Assembly (NCBI GenBank): GCA_963725605.1
Contig: CAVRYW010000005.1
Coordinates: 17,907 to 81,906 of the forward strand
From: Vulcanimicrobiota bacterium
GTDB lineage: Bacteria; Vulcanimicrobiota; Vulcanimicrobiia; Vulcanimicrobiales; Vulcanimicrobiaceae
Direction of reading: 5' to 3'
DNA: 64,000 bases
Shown: positions 47,542 through 57,934 of the stretch, one piece after another
Layout: the number at the start of each line of letters is the position of its first letter
Numbering within the stretch: the first letter of the stretch is position 1
Made by a program: the position numbers and the translations under genes
The notes under the pieces: model-generated
Databases searched by the model: none
Seen by the model: the letters and a program-made list of their open reading frames with translations, nothing else
What the model was told of the DNA's origin: nothing

Positions 47542-50500
47542 TGCATGAGCTCCTTTAAGCGCACCTCGCCGGCCTCCGCCAGCGCCGCAAGATCCTTGTA
47601 CGCCGCATACTCCGCGACCGTGGGTCGCTGATATGCGCCTTCGAGCGAGTTGAGCAGGAAGCCGAGTTGTTCTCGCACCTTGGTCGGGTGCATCACGTCG
47701 GCTTCGCTCGAATGAACGTCGAGCAGCACGAGATCGGCGATCGCGCTATCGATCGCGGCGGCTTGCGCGGCGCTCATCTTTTTGCCCACGGTCATTGCAG
47801 CGACGATCGATCGATCCAGCGTGTCGATGGAGTTACGGATCTGCATCTCCAGGGCTAACCGTGCCTCGAGATCGCCGATTGACGAATGAATGCGCGGGTC
47901 GAGCACGACCTTCAACGGAGCCTGAAGCGTCTGAGCGCCGTACCGCAGCACGACCGTGTAAGCGCCGGGAACGATCGTTGGTCCGTCGGCCGTATCCGGG
48001 AAGTCGTCGGTTTCGAGCGCACGGACGCCGGGCACTTCATAGGCGGGCTCGTAGCGCAGATCCCATTGAAAGAGGTTGGGCCCGGGCTTGACGCCGGTGA
48101 GCTTCTCCAAGTCACGGGCGCGCTGCGTCACCACGTCGAGATTGTCTTCTTGTTCTGGGGTTAGCTTCTTTTCATGCGCATTTTTCGGGTGCAGCGTAAA
48201 GCTGCGAATCGTTGCACCGCTTGAATCCAAGAACGAGATCGTCAGCGGCGACTCCCCGTGGTAGCCGGCCGGAACGTTAAAGAAAACGGCCGCCCCGTAC
48301 TTAGGATTGTCGCCGAAGTCCGGAATCGGAGTGTCTGAGCCGCCGTAGGCGTTGGAGAGCCAGGCGGTCTGCGGTGAGAAGAGCTGCAGGCTTGCGACCG
48401 AAAAACTCGTTTTGCTCGCAAGCTGTTCGAGGTACGCGAGGTTATCGAGAATCCAGAAGGCGCGACCGTGTGTGGCCGCGACCAGCTCTCCTTCGCGAGA
48501 GTCGATCGCGAAATCGCGGACTTGAACGCCCGGCAAATTCATCGTGAGAGGTTGCCAGTCTTGACCGCCGTCGAGACTCACGTACGCCGTGCTGCGCGTC
48601 CCGGCAAAGAGCAACCGCGGCGCGAGCGGATCTTGGCGAACGACGAACACGTACTGATTGTCGGGAATTCCGCTGGTGAGCGGCACCCAGTGCTCGCCGA
48701 AGTCGGTCGTTTCGAAGACGTACGGGTGGTAATCGTCCCACATGTAACGCGAAGCCGTGAGAAATGCCGTGCCTCGGTCGGTATGCGACGGCTCGATCGA
48801 GCTTATTTGAGCCCATTGCGGAAGTTGCGGCGGCGTTACCAGCTTCCAGGTCGCGCCGTGATCGCTCGTTACGTGTACGAGACCGTCAGCTGAGCCCGCC
48901 CAGAGAACCTTGGCATCGAGCGGTGAAACGGCAAGCGACGAGATGTCCGGGAAGGTTTCGGCACCGGTTTGGTCGTTATCGATCGGTCCGCCGGTCGGGC
49001 CTTCGGTAGAGGGGTCGTTGCGCGTGAGATCGGGACTGAGGATGCTCCAAGTCTGGCCGCGGTCCATGCTCGAGAAGACGACCTGCGACGCAACGAGCAG
49101 CTCGCGCGGGTCGGCCGGCGAGAAGAAGATCGGATGCGTCCAGCCGAAGCGATATTTCGTTGACGCCGCCGACGCGCCCGACATATAGCGAGGCCACGGG
49201 CTGACGTTTTTCGTATCTCCGGTGATGCGGTTGAGGCTTACGAACGAGCTGAAGTATCCGCTGCCGAAGGTTACGAATGGATCGCCGGGCTCGGGCGCGA
49301 CGAACGTGCTCTCGCCCAAAGCGACCGTATGCCATTGCTCGGGGCCGATGCCCGGGCCGACGGCCGCGCTCGCGCCTTCGTACGCGCCTTCATCTTGTGA
49401 GGCGCCGAAGACGTGAAATGGAAACTGGTCGTCGAGTGCGACGTGATAGAACTGGCCCGTGGGCTGATTGTGATCGTCGCTCCAGTTATCGCCTCCGTCA
49501 ACCGAAACCGTTCCGCCGCCATCGTCTCCAACGAGAAGAATCTTTGGATCGTGGGGATTGATCCAAATGATGTGATTATCGCCGTGGGGTATCTCCATGT
49601 CGGTAAACGTCTTGCCGCCATCGGTCGTCTTGTAGATGCCGTCGACTTCGGGCGCGTAGACAACTTGAGGGTTGGTAGGATCGACCGTAAGCGCCATATA
49701 GTAGAAGGCGCGCTGACGCAACTTCCATTCCGCGTTGACGCGCTTCCACGTCCGGCCCCCGTCGTTCGACCGGAAGACTCCGCCATCGTGCGCCTGCACG
49801 ATCGCGTAAACGATGCGTGGGTCGCTCGCCGCTACCGCGACGCCGATCTTTCCGAGCAGGCCCGTGGCAAATCCGGGGTTGGACGAAATCTTCATCCAAT
49901 GCCGGCCGCCGTCGAGCGTCTTGTAAAGCCCGCTTCCCGGTCCGCCGCTTGTCAGCTTCCACGGGAACCGTTGCGCCTGCCACATTGCCGCGTAGAGAAC
50001 GTGGGGATTGCGGGAGTCCATCGCGAGGTCGATGGCGCCGGTGTCGTCGTTGACGAAGAGCACCTTGCTCCACGTGCCCCCGCCGTCGGTCGTCTTGAAG
50101 ATGCCGCGCTCCGAATTGGGCCGAAAGACGTGCCCCATCGAAGCCGCATAGGCGATGCGGGCGTTATTCGGATCCACGACAATTTTCGCGATCATGTGCG
50201 TATCGCGCAGACCGGCGTACGACCAGGTCTTGCCGGCGTCGGTCGTTTTATATACGCCGTCGCCGGTATCGAAATCGCTTCGAATGTCGGCTTCGCCGGT
50301 TCCGGCGTAGATGACGTTCGAGTTGGAAGGCGCGACCGCGAGCGCACCGATCGGGTCCGCGATGCCGGGGATCTTGCCGTCGGTAATGTTGGTCCACGTT
50401 AGACCGTAGTCGGTGCTCTTCCAAACGCCGCCCTCAACGCCGCCCATATAGAACAAGTCGCGATTACTCGCGACGCCCGCAACGGCGACGGACCGGCCCC

Positions 50501-50654
50501 CGATGTAGGGCCCGATGCTTCGCCATTGCAGTTTTCCGATGAGCTGTTGCGAGGCGGACGCTGGGGTTGCGGCATTTGCGCCGATCGGTATCACAAGGGC
50601 CAGCATCGCGCCGGCGAAAATCCCAATGCGCTTCATCGTGCGATATCGTGCCAA
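47538..50654 (-). CDS. Exported BNR/Asp-box repeat protein (sortilin/VPS10-like, glycoside-hydrolase-like double propeller)
   Basis: 1038 aa with a signal peptide. Many SxDxGxTW boxes are present (TDAGKTWS, TDGGGTWS, SNDGGRTWK, TDGGKTF, SMDRGQTWS, SDHGATWK, SLDGGQDWQ). Confidence 0.85.
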   Translation of the reverse strand: MARYRTMKRIGIFAGAMLALVIPIGANAATPASASQQLIGKLQWRSIGPYIGGRSVAVAGVASNRDLFYMGGVEGGVWKSTDYGLTWTNITDGKIPGIADPIGALAVAPSNSNVIYAGTGEADIRSDFDTGDGVYKTTDAGKTWSYAGLRDTHMIAKIVVDPNNARIAYAASMGHVFRPNSERGIFKTTDGGGTWSKVLFVNDDTGAIDLAMDSRNPHVLYAAMWQAQRFPWKLTSGGPGSGLYKTLDGGRHWMKISSNPGFATGLLGKIGVAVAASDPRIVYAIVQAHDGGVFRSNDGGRTWKRVNAEWKLRQRAFYYMALTVDPTNPQVVYAPEVDGIYKTTDGGKTFTDMEIPHGDNHIIWINPHDPKILLVGDDGGGTVSVDGGDNWSDDHNQPTGQFYHVALDDQFPFHVFGASQDEGAYEGASAAVGPGIGPEQWHTVALGESTFVAPEPGDPFVTFGSGYFSSFVSLNRITGDTKNVSPWPRYMSGASAASTKYRFGWTHPIFFSPADPRELLVASQVVFSSMDRGQTWSILSPDLTRNDPSTEGPTGGPIDNDQTGAETFPDISSLAVSPLDAKVLWAGSADGLVHVTSDHGATWKLVTPPQLPQWAQISSIEPSHTDRGTAFLTASRYMWDDYHPYVFETTDFGEHWVPLTSGIPDNQYVFVVRQDPLAPRLLFAGTRSTAYVSLDGGQDWQPLTMNLPGVQVRDFAIDSREGELVAATHGRAFWILDNLAYLEQLASKTSFSVASLQLFSPQTAWLSNAYGGSDTPIPDFGDNPKYGAAVFFNVPAGYHGESPLTISFLDSSGATIRSFTLHPKNAHEKKLTPEQEDNLDVVTQRARDLEKLTGVKPGPNLFQWDLRYEPAYEVPGVRALETDDFPDTADGPTIVPGAYTVVLRYGAQTLQAPLKVVLDPRIHSSIGDLEARLALEMQIRNSIDTLDRSIVAAMTVGKKMSAAQAAAIDSAIADLVLLDVHSSEADVMHPTKVREQLGFLLNSLEGAYQRPTVAEYAAYKDLAALAEAGEVRLKELMQ

Positions 50655-50678
50655 GGCGCCGCCAAAACCCTTCTTGCG

Positions 50679-52832
50679 CTAACGAACGGTGATGTTACGC
50701 ACCTCGACCGCGCCTAAGCCCTCCGCCTGAATACCTGCATCGATAATGGCCGCTTCCTTGGGAACTTTGAGGGTCAGCGTAAACGACGTCCACTCCGAAC
50801 CGGCGGCCAGCTCCAGTATGTTACCGCTGACGGCTTCGATGACCGAGCCACTCGCCATGGCCGCTTGCGCTACCGGTCGGGCGTAACCGAACAGGTCGTC
50901 GAGCCGGAACTCACCGCTAACGTGGACGCTCTGCCCAATATACGGCGTAGCGCCGACGCGAAGAACGAGCCGCTGTGGCGTTCCGTTCAGTCCGTCGTCG
51001 TTGGTCAGCTTCGCCCCGTTCGAAGTCGCCGAGACCGTAACATCGGCGTAGCCGACACCGGAGATTCGCCAGTCGTTGCCGCTCAGTGAGACGTCGCGGT
51101 GCATGGACGAGGGCCCTACACCGTACGTCGACGCAGTGCTAGTTGGAACATAGACCAGGCCGTCGAATGAGTTCGGAGCCACGATTTGCATCGGGTACGG
51201 CGGATGTTGCGGATCGACGGCGCCGCCGATCTCCTGGATGCCGTGGCTGCTCGAGAAGAAGGTCTGCAACGGGCTGCCGGGCCGGAGCCCGCGCAGATCG
51301 AGGAACGCAACCGCATCGAGGGGCCCGAATAATGCGGCGATCGTATCGCTCGCTCTCGGAGGTATCGTCACGGTCTTCAAACCTTGACCTTGAACGATGG
51401 CGCGAACCGTTCCGCTCCCGAACGTCTGCCCGATCGTGTAGTAATCCGTGCCATAGCGCTGCCGCAGGTAGGTGCCCATCGAATGGTAGCTCAACTCCGC
51501 GGTGGCGCCGATGTGCCCGTTGTGCGCCCACAACGCAATCTTCGCGTGCGGATAGGCCTGCGTTGCGAGCCATTCGACGTTCTCCGCCATGAAGCGGTCG
51601 CGCGTCTCCGCGCCGGCAAACATCCCGCTCGCCGTCGCCGTGGAGAGATCGAGATACTGAAGAATATTGGTTATGGCTTCGCGGGCGACTGCGGCCTCGG
51701 GCGAGGGCGGCAGCGACGACAGCCGGTCGCCAAACGCGGCAACGCTCCGGCGGCAGCCCGCGACTGGCTTCGCCGGGTAGCTTGCCACGGAGTCGATAAC
51801 GCAGGCGAGCGCGGCTCGCGCATCGGGAAGTTCGGCCGGATTTGTATCGCGCAGATAGGCGGCGAGATAACCGATGGCATCGCTTGGGTCTTGCACGTCG
51901 AACCCTACGAAGCTCAGAATCGGATGCTTTCCGGGCGCGGCGTTGTAACTGCGCATCCACTGCACGAGATCGATGACCTCGGGTGTGTTCCACGTCCAGA
52001 ACCCAAGCGCGGCGACGGCCTGCTGCGCGGTGCCGCGCCCGGTCTTGATATAGCGGTCGACAAAGAGGCCTGCGCCCCAGTTCGCCTCCATCCCAAAGAC
52101 CGTAAAGCCTTTCTGCTCGACTAAATAGCGATAGAGGCGATCTTTGAACGCAAAGAACTCGCTCGTGCCGTGGCTTCCCTCACCCATGCCGACGATGCGG
52201 GCCGCCCCGATCGCCGTTCCGATCCGGCTCAGCTGCTCGGGATCGGCTTCGGGCGAAAGTGTCGGGATGACGACGGCTTGCGTTCGGAGCTGGGCGATTG
52301 CGAGGCTCGGCGGCATGACTGGCTCGTGCGCCGCGGCGTGCTCGTTTTGGACGAGCTTATTGTCAACGTACGTGATCACATCGTGGACGAGCGTCGAGCG
52401 TAGCCGCCACATTCCGCTGTCGAGCCTCCACTCATCGGTGGAGCGCACGAGTGCTCGAAGCGGCTTGGGCGCGCCGTTTACTGCGTAGGTGCCGGTGACC
52501 TGAGCGGTGGCATCGGCCTGCGCTGCGTTACCTTTGATGTCGAGCCTTGTCAAGACGATCTCTATGTTTGAGACCGTCACGCCCGAATCGTTTTCGGTCT
52601 GGTTCTTGACGTAGGCGGCGCGATCGTCGATCGAGCCGTCGACCTCGCGAGCAGAGAATGCGGGTTCGAGCAGTGCCGTCAACGCCGGCGCGTCACTCTT
52701 GCGCTCTGCCGTTTGGAGGCTGCGATAGGCGGCGCGAACGGCCACGTCACCCGCCGTCTGACTCTGGACTGCAAACGGCGAAAAGGCGAAGGCGACGAGG
52801 AGGCACGCGGCAAGACGGCCGAAGCGAAGCAC
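50679..52832 (-). CDS. Exported three-domain protein: NTF2/SnoaL-like + erythromycin-esterase family + C-terminal beta-sandwich
   Basis: The GTG at 52832 has AAGGAG 6 nt upstream and gives the leader LRFGRLAACLLVAFAFSPFAVQS. The Ere-family core is MGEGSHGTSEFFAFKDRLYRYLVEQKGFTVFGMEANW ... LWAHNGHI. The rest of the 1103-aa ORF is antisense to the next gene. Confidence 0.8.
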   Translation of the reverse strand: MLRFGRLAACLLVAFAFSPFAVQSQTAGDVAVRAAYRSLQTAERKSDAPALTALLEPAFSAREVDGSIDDRAAYVKNQTENDSGVTVSNIEIVLTRLDIKGNAAQADATAQVTGTYAVNGAPKPLRALVRSTDEWRLDSGMWRLRSTLVHDVITYVDNKLVQNEHAAAHEPVMPPSLAIAQLRTQAVVIPTLSPEADPEQLSRIGTAIGAARIVGMGEGSHGTSEFFAFKDRLYRYLVEQKGFTVFGMEANWGAGLFVDRYIKTGRGTAQQAVAALGFWTWNTPEVIDLVQWMRSYNAAPGKHPILSFVGFDVQDPSDAIGYLAAYLRDTNPAELPDARAALACVIDSVASYPAKPVAGCRRSVAAFGDRLSSLPPSPEAAVAREAITNILQYLDLSTATASGMFAGAETRDRFMAENVEWLATQAYPHAKIALWAHNGHIGATAELSYHSMGTYLRQRYGTDYYTIGQTFGSGTVRAIVQGQGLKTVTIPPRASDTIAALFGPLDAVAFLDLRGLRPGSPLQTFFSSSHGIQEIGGAVDPQHPPYPMQIVAPNSFDGLVYVPTSTASTYGVGPSSMHRDVSLSGNDWRISGVGYADVTVSATSNGAKLTNDDGLNGTPQRLVLRVGATPYIGQSVHVSGEFRLDDLFGYARPVAQAAMASGSVIEAVSGNILELAAGSEWTSFTLTLKVPKEAAIIDAGIQAEGLGAVEVRNITVR

Positions 52833-52992
52833 GTGGACTCCTTTCGTCGATAAGCGAGGTGATGCCGGCCTCAAAGCGCTGGGTGCTCGGTAGTAACGCC
52901 TAGCGGCTGGATTCATCGCCGGAGGCTCGAATAGGACGCTTACATGGCGAATCGGGGCGCCGCGGCCCCAGGATCGACGGAGGTTTTTTCCC

Positions 52993-54012
52993 GTGAGGCG
53001 CACTCGTAATATCCTCGTCTGGGCCGCGCTTTGTGCGGTAGCGGCGTGTTCGCCGCTGTCGTCGTCGTATTCGGTCGCGCCGCAGACTCCATCCAACGCT
53101 GCCCTGCACGTGTCTGACGCGGCCACGAAACCGAAGTTCAAAGAATATACGGTCCCGACTGCGCAGTCGGATCCGTACAAGATGGTCCTCGGGCCGGACG
53201 GGAAGTATTGGTTCACCGAGTTCGCTGGGAACAAGATTGCGAACATCACGACCGCCGGGAAGTTCTCCGAATACGACGTTCCAAGCGCGCAAGCGGAGCC
53301 TTCCGGGATCACCGTTGGTCCCGACAACAACCTATGGTTTACCGAAGCGCATGCCGACAAAATCGGGAAGCTTACCACCGCGGGAAAGTTCACGGAGTAC
53401 AAGGTTGCAACGGTGAGCGCCGATCCTTCCGTGATCCGCTCCGGCGGCGGGAGCGTGCTGTGGTTCACCGAACGCGGGGGAAATAAAATCGGTGAGATCA
53501 CGACGTCGGGGAAGATCACGGAGTTCACCGTGCCGACTCCGGATTCCGAACCTTCAGGAATTTGTATCGGTCCGGATAGCGCAATTTGGTTCACGGAGGA
53601 TGCCGGTGATAAGGTCGGACGCATGACGACCGCCGGGAAATTTACCGAGTACGACGTTCCCACCCCGAGCGCTAAACCTGGAGGAATCGCGCCCGGCGCG
53701 GACGGCGCATTATGGTTTGTCGAGTTCAACGGGAACAAAATCGGACGCCTTACGACGGCGGGGTCGTTTACGGAATACAAGCTGCCGACCGCGAGTGCGG
53801 GCCCTTTCGTGATCGAACCGGGCAGCGGCAGCCTGTTGTGGTTCACGGAGCAGAACGCCGGAAAACTTGCCTCGATTACGACCGGCGGTAGGATCACCGA
53901 GTACGCCGTGCCTGGGCCGAGCGGCGGCGAGCCGTCGGGAATCGCGCCGGGCGCCACCCAAATCTGGGCGACCGAATTCGACGCGAACAAGATCGTTAGT
54001 CTGACGCCGTAA
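52993..54012 (+). CDS. Virginiamycin B lyase (Vgb)-family seven-bladed beta-propeller lipoprotein
   Basis: Lipobox AVAACS. Seven repeats of the Vgb signature, for example GPDNNLWFTEAHADKIGKLTTAGKFTEY. GGAGG lies upstream of the GTG start. Confidence 0.85.
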   Translation: MRRTRNILVWAALCAVAACSPLSSSYSVAPQTPSNAALHVSDAATKPKFKEYTVPTAQSDPYKMVLGPDGKYWFTEFAGNKIANITTAGKFSEYDVPSAQAEPSGITVGPDNNLWFTEAHADKIGKLTTAGKFTEYKVATVSADPSVIRSGGGSVLWFTERGGNKIGEITTSGKITEFTVPTPDSEPSGICIGPDSAIWFTEDAGDKVGRMTTAGKFTEYDVPTPSAKPGGIAPGADGALWFVEFNGNKIGRLTTAGSFTEYKLPTASAGPFVIEPGSGSLLWFTEQNAGKLASITTGGRITEYAVPGPSGGEPSGIAPGATQIWATEFDANKIVSLTP

Positions 54013-54022
54013 TTGCGATCGG

Positions 54023-55444
54023 TTACGGAGCGCCGGTGTAACCCGGTTTGTAGGGCGGGCCGATTCCGCCTTGTAAAATGAGTGGGGGCCTCGGCGGTTG
54101 CGTAAAATCGAAGTCGTTTCGCAAGTCGCCGAGCTGCGGTGCATTTTCGGCAACCTCGGCGCGCGGATCCGGGCGTCCGTCGGTCTTTGGATCGAGCCGC
54201 TGCCCCGCGAGAAAATCGTCTTCGATGAACTTCACGTAGGCGTCGTGGCTGAGCGTTTGATGGTCGATGTAGCCCTTACGAGCGTACGGGCTGATCACGA
54301 TGCCCGGGACGCGGGGGCCGTAACCGAAGTAGTTGACGTTCGGCGGCGCGACGTGATCGTAAAAGCCTCCCCAATCGTCCCAGCTCAAGAATATGGCGGT
54401 CGAGTTCCAATACGCGCTGCGCATGACCGCATTGATGATGCCGGTGACGTAGGCCTGTCCCGCGCTCACCCGCCCCGGCGGGTGTTCGCTGTAGCGATTG
54501 CCGGGCGTTATCCAGGAGACCGCGGGCAACGTGCCGTCGCGGAGGTCGCGAAAGAAGAGCGACGTGTCTTTGATATTTGAAAGCTGTCCGTCTTGCTTCA
54601 CATCGTCAAACGACGGGAGCGGATTCCAGATGCCGGGCGTTCGAGCGGTCTGCGGGTGCAGGTTGCAACTGCTCTGATCGTTCTCACAGTCAGGCTCGAG
54701 CCCGTCCATCACGTAGTAGGCCCATGAGACGTGGTTCGCGTGCAGCAGATAGGTTAAGTCGGTCCAAGGATAGTCGGGTCGACCGGCCGCTTGCGGCGCG
54801 TCCTTCGTGAAGAGGTCGCGCGGAAAATCAGCCTCGTTAAAGTACGTGCGCTCCGGCTTACAGCTCGCCGGATCGCCGATCGTGGTGCAGTCTGCCGCCC
54901 ACTCCGAAACCATGTAGAGGTGCGTCGGCAGACTCCACGATCGCACCGGCGCGAACAGATGGTCTTGCAGAACGAAGTTGCGCGCATATGCCCAGTAGTT
55001 GGGAAGCTCTTGCGCGGTGTGATAACCCATTACGGTCGTTTCGTGGCCTTTGACGACGCACGTCGGGATATCGGTGGGGCAGCCGCCGGTTCTCTGCGCT
55101 CCCTGCATGACCTCGACGAAGCCGTCCATCTTCCCACCGTCGATATCGAGATCGGCCGCCTTCGCGCCGTGCGGGCCGCCCGTGTCCTCATCGTTCGTGT
55201 CGTGGTAGGGCTGCACACACGTTTTGGCTTCTCGGTCGGGAACGCAGACTTGCGCTATCCCGTCACGCATCGGAATGCCGTCGGCGCCGGGAAACGTTCC
55301 GAAGTAACTGTCGAAGGAGCGATTCTCCTGCATGATGACGATCACGTGCCGGATCGTGTGAATTCCGCCCGCGGCCGGCACGGCGCGAGCAGATCCGGAG
55401 ACGAGAGCTACCACGACGAGAGATGATATTGCCGAACGAAGCAT
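54023..55444 (-). CDS. Phosphoesterase family protein (phospholipase C / AcpA-type acid phosphatase family), secreted
   Basis: Signal peptide present. [24 protein letters not shown] is the hallmark N-terminal motif. Confidence 0.85.
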   Translation of the reverse strand: MLRSAISSLVVVALVSGSARAVPAAGGIHTIRHVIVIMQENRSFDSYFGTFPGADGIPMRDGIAQVCVPDREAKTCVQPYHDTNDEDTGGPHGAKAADLDIDGGKMDGFVEVMQGAQRTGGCPTDIPTCVVKGHETTVMGYHTAQELPNYWAYARNFVLQDHLFAPVRSWSLPTHLYMVSEWAADCTTIGDPASCKPERTYFNEADFPRDLFTKDAPQAAGRPDYPWTDLTYLLHANHVSWAYYVMDGLEPDCENDQSSCNLHPQTARTPGIWNPLPSFDDVKQDGQLSNIKDTSLFFRDLRDGTLPAVSWITPGNRYSEHPPGRVSAGQAYVTGIINAVMRSAYWNSTAIFLSWDDWGGFYDHVAPPNVNYFGYGPRVPGIVISPYARKGYIDHQTLSHDAYVKFIEDDFLAGQRLDPKTDGRPDPRAEVAENAPQLGDLRNDFDFTQPPRPPLILQGGIGPPYKPGYTGAP

Positions 55445-55525
55445 TAGTCTACCTCGAGATTCGATGCGCGGGCCATCAAACTTGCAAGGGTGCCGAGGGG
55501 ATCAAGATGGCGGCAGACTCGTATC

Positions 55526-56548
55526 TTACTTCCAGATGATTCGCTGTGCGTGCCCATCGGAGGTGCAAATCGTGGTTCCCGATCTCGGCCCGGACCAGGT
55601 TGTAACTTCCGTAGAATAGCTGCCCTCGTCGAACTCCATGCGAATGCGTGCGAGCGGAGCTCGTGGAGATGCGCTTGTGGCGCACGCAGCTAGTGCCTCA
55701 TTCAGTTCTGTGCGTTCCTTCGTCGATAAATGCTCCTCTAGGAGGGTCTGCACGATCACCGTAACGTAGCCTTCGCGGCACCTGGCTTCGCGTCGAAGCC
55801 ATGTCGAAAAGCCTTCGGCATCGATGGTTACTGCGAAATTCGCGGCGTCCTGAATTGCGGCGCGCAGACGCTCCAGCCGGTCCGCTTGGTCGGGCCAAAC
55901 GAAGGATTGCAGTCGTAATCGATCGCTCTTACTATTTAAATCGATCGGGCTAAGATCGCAGCCACGCCGCTCGGCCACTTTGAGATCCGCGTGTAAGTGC
56001 TTCGGACGCCCCTTTTCGGTATCGTTGCGAAGAACCAAGGCTGAATCGGGGTCGCCCCAGCACCAATCAGGCTCCTCGTAGCGGTAGCGGTCAAATCGCA
56101 GGTTCAACCCAGCGCTGGCGGCGATCTCAAAAAGCCGAACTGGGAGGTTGAATTGTGCGGCTATCCATAGGCACGCGGCGAGTATCGGCATCGAGCGTGC
56201 CGGCTCGTTCGTCTGTACGTTGGCGGTGAAGAGATGCTCGACCCGATCGCGATGTTGGGCCAAAATCGCACGACCGGCACCCCACGCAGCGCGGCCGTCG
56301 CCGTCACCTCCGACTGAAGGATAGTGTTTTGACAGTACCGGCTCTCCATCTAACGCGAGATAGTGCAACGCCGCGGCGAGCTTGAGGCCGGGCCTCTTAT
56401 AGTGTGGATACGAGTCGAGTAGGTCGCGAATTTCTCCGCCTGCGCAATAGTCCGATAGGGCAGCTTGGATGAGGTCCGCCGTGAACGGCGAGCCCATGAC
56501 GCCGCACGCTTGCGCCTGCACCGCTAGCCGTTCGGCGATATCCGCCAT
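55526..56548 (-). CDS. DUF2332 family protein
   Basis: 340 aa. The N-terminal ...QAQACGVMGSPFTADLIQAAL and LAAALHYLALDGEPVLSKHYPSVGG pattern is recalled from DUF2332. Not searched. Confidence 0.6.
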   Translation of the reverse strand: MADIAERLAVQAQACGVMGSPFTADLIQAALSDYCAGGEIRDLLDSYPHYKRPGLKLAAALHYLALDGEPVLSKHYPSVGGDGDGRAAWGAGRAILAQHRDRVEHLFTANVQTNEPARSMPILAACLWIAAQFNLPVRLFEIAASAGLNLRFDRYRYEEPDWCWGDPDSALVLRNDTEKGRPKHLHADLKVAERRGCDLSPIDLNSKSDRLRLQSFVWPDQADRLERLRAAIQDAANFAVTIDAEGFSTWLRREARCREGYVTVIVQTLLEEHLSTKERTELNEALAACATSASPRAPLARIRMEFDEGSYSTEVTTWSGPRSGTTICTSDGHAQRIIWK

Positions 56549-56757
56549 CCTCTAAATCTCCGCCATTCGGCCGCGGGCGCTGAGCGCAGACGTTAACACG
56601 TTATCGCGATAATACCGATACTTGTGGAGGACCCGCGACGCTGGGGGCTTCCGAGACTGCCCTCTTGGTGGTAAGATGGCTCAAGCGTACTCTTCCTCCG
56701 CCCTGCAGTTCTGTTAAGAGACTGCAGCGCTTCTCTTTAGAAAAGTGAGACGTTTTA

Positions 56758-57831
56758 ATGCGTTTTCCGTTTACCTTTGTGTGCGCGCGGGCATCGCTCG
56801 TAGCACTCTCGATCGGGTTGCTGGCCGGATGCGCCGGCGGCGCCGCTCGCTCGGGCGGCTTCGGCGCCGTACCCGCGATGTCGACACAAACGAACTTCTT
56901 GCAGTTCGGGTCGGGCGCGCCCGTCCTGCAGACGCTCGATGTTCCGCTCAGCCAGTTTCCGAACGCGGTCGGGACCCTTCTGACCGGCATCCGTGGCAAC
57001 CTCATCACGGGCTTCGTCGCTCAAGCGAACGGATCGAACCTGGGCGTCGTCTACGATCGGAAAACGGGCGTCTGGACGCCGATTAAGTATCCGCGATCCT
57101 CGAATACCAGCGTGTACGGTCCGGCCGTCACGCAGACCGGCTATCGGCTCGTCGGCAGCTATGAGAAAAAAGGCGAGACGAACGCCGACGGCTTCGTCTA
57201 CGACTCGACGACCAAGAAGTACCTCACCGTCGATGCCCCGGCAAAACTGTGCTCGCCCAAGTCGTGCAACTTCACGATCGTTCATAGCAACTACGGCAGC
57301 ACGACCTACAAAGCGGTTGGAAATTACGATGCAGTAAAATCCAGCCCCTTACTGACGCCTTCGGATACGTATCCGGTTTCGGGCCACGCATTCATCTACG
57401 ATTCGGCCACCGCGACGTTCGCGACGCTCAAATTCCCCGGCTCGATCAGCTCCACGGCCTACGGCATTTGGATGGACGGCAACGCCGTCGCGATCGCGGG
57501 CGGCTACACCGATAAGAAAGGCACGCACGCGTACGTGCGCAACCTCGCCGGGAGCAAAATGCTCGTTTACGACTGGCCGAAGTCGATCCTTACCCACTTC
57601 GAAGGGATCACCGGAGCAGGCGGAGCGGGCAACTACAACGTGATCGGCGACTACTTCGACCTCAAAAACAAAACCCTCGAGTATGGTTTCTTTCTGCCGA
57701 TTCGCAACTGGAGCGCCGGAACCGCCACCGTCATTGGCCCCGTCAGTGCCAATTCGGTCTACGAAAGCACCGTCATCGGCGTCTACGTCGGAGCCGGCCT
57801 AACGAACGGCTATATCACGACGATCCCCTAG
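56758..57831 (+). CDS. Lipoprotein with repeated beta-strand units, function unknown
   Basis: Lipobox LLAGCAGG. Repeats are of the type G(F/H)(V/A)(Y/I)DS.T..(Y/F).T(L/V)..P. Confidence 0.75.
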   Translation: MRFPFTFVCARASLVALSIGLLAGCAGGAARSGGFGAVPAMSTQTNFLQFGSGAPVLQTLDVPLSQFPNAVGTLLTGIRGNLITGFVAQANGSNLGVVYDRKTGVWTPIKYPRSSNTSVYGPAVTQTGYRLVGSYEKKGETNADGFVYDSTTKKYLTVDAPAKLCSPKSCNFTIVHSNYGSTTYKAVGNYDAVKSSPLLTPSDTYPVSGHAFIYDSATATFATLKFPGSISSTAYGIWMDGNAVAIAGGYTDKKGTHAYVRNLAGSKMLVYDWPKSILTHFEGITGAGGAGNYNVIGDYFDLKNKTLEYGFFLPIRNWSAGTATVIGPVSANSVYESTVIGVYVGAGLTNGYITTIP

Positions 57832-57934
57832 GCTGCGCGGGCCCTTACTCCGCAGCGGCGATGGAACTGAGTGCTACTGGTCGAAATCCAGCTGCTCGTC
57901 GGGTCCATCGCCGCTTAGTTGGAGGGTTACGTAG

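Noticed and set aside
52833-53990. N-terminal 386 aa of the 1103-aa minus-strand ORF (repetitive SVN...FPAVV units)
   Set aside because: This part is the mirror image of the seven-blade repeat of the plus-strand Vgb-family gene. The esterase-family gene has a good SD and a GTG start with a signal peptide at 52832.
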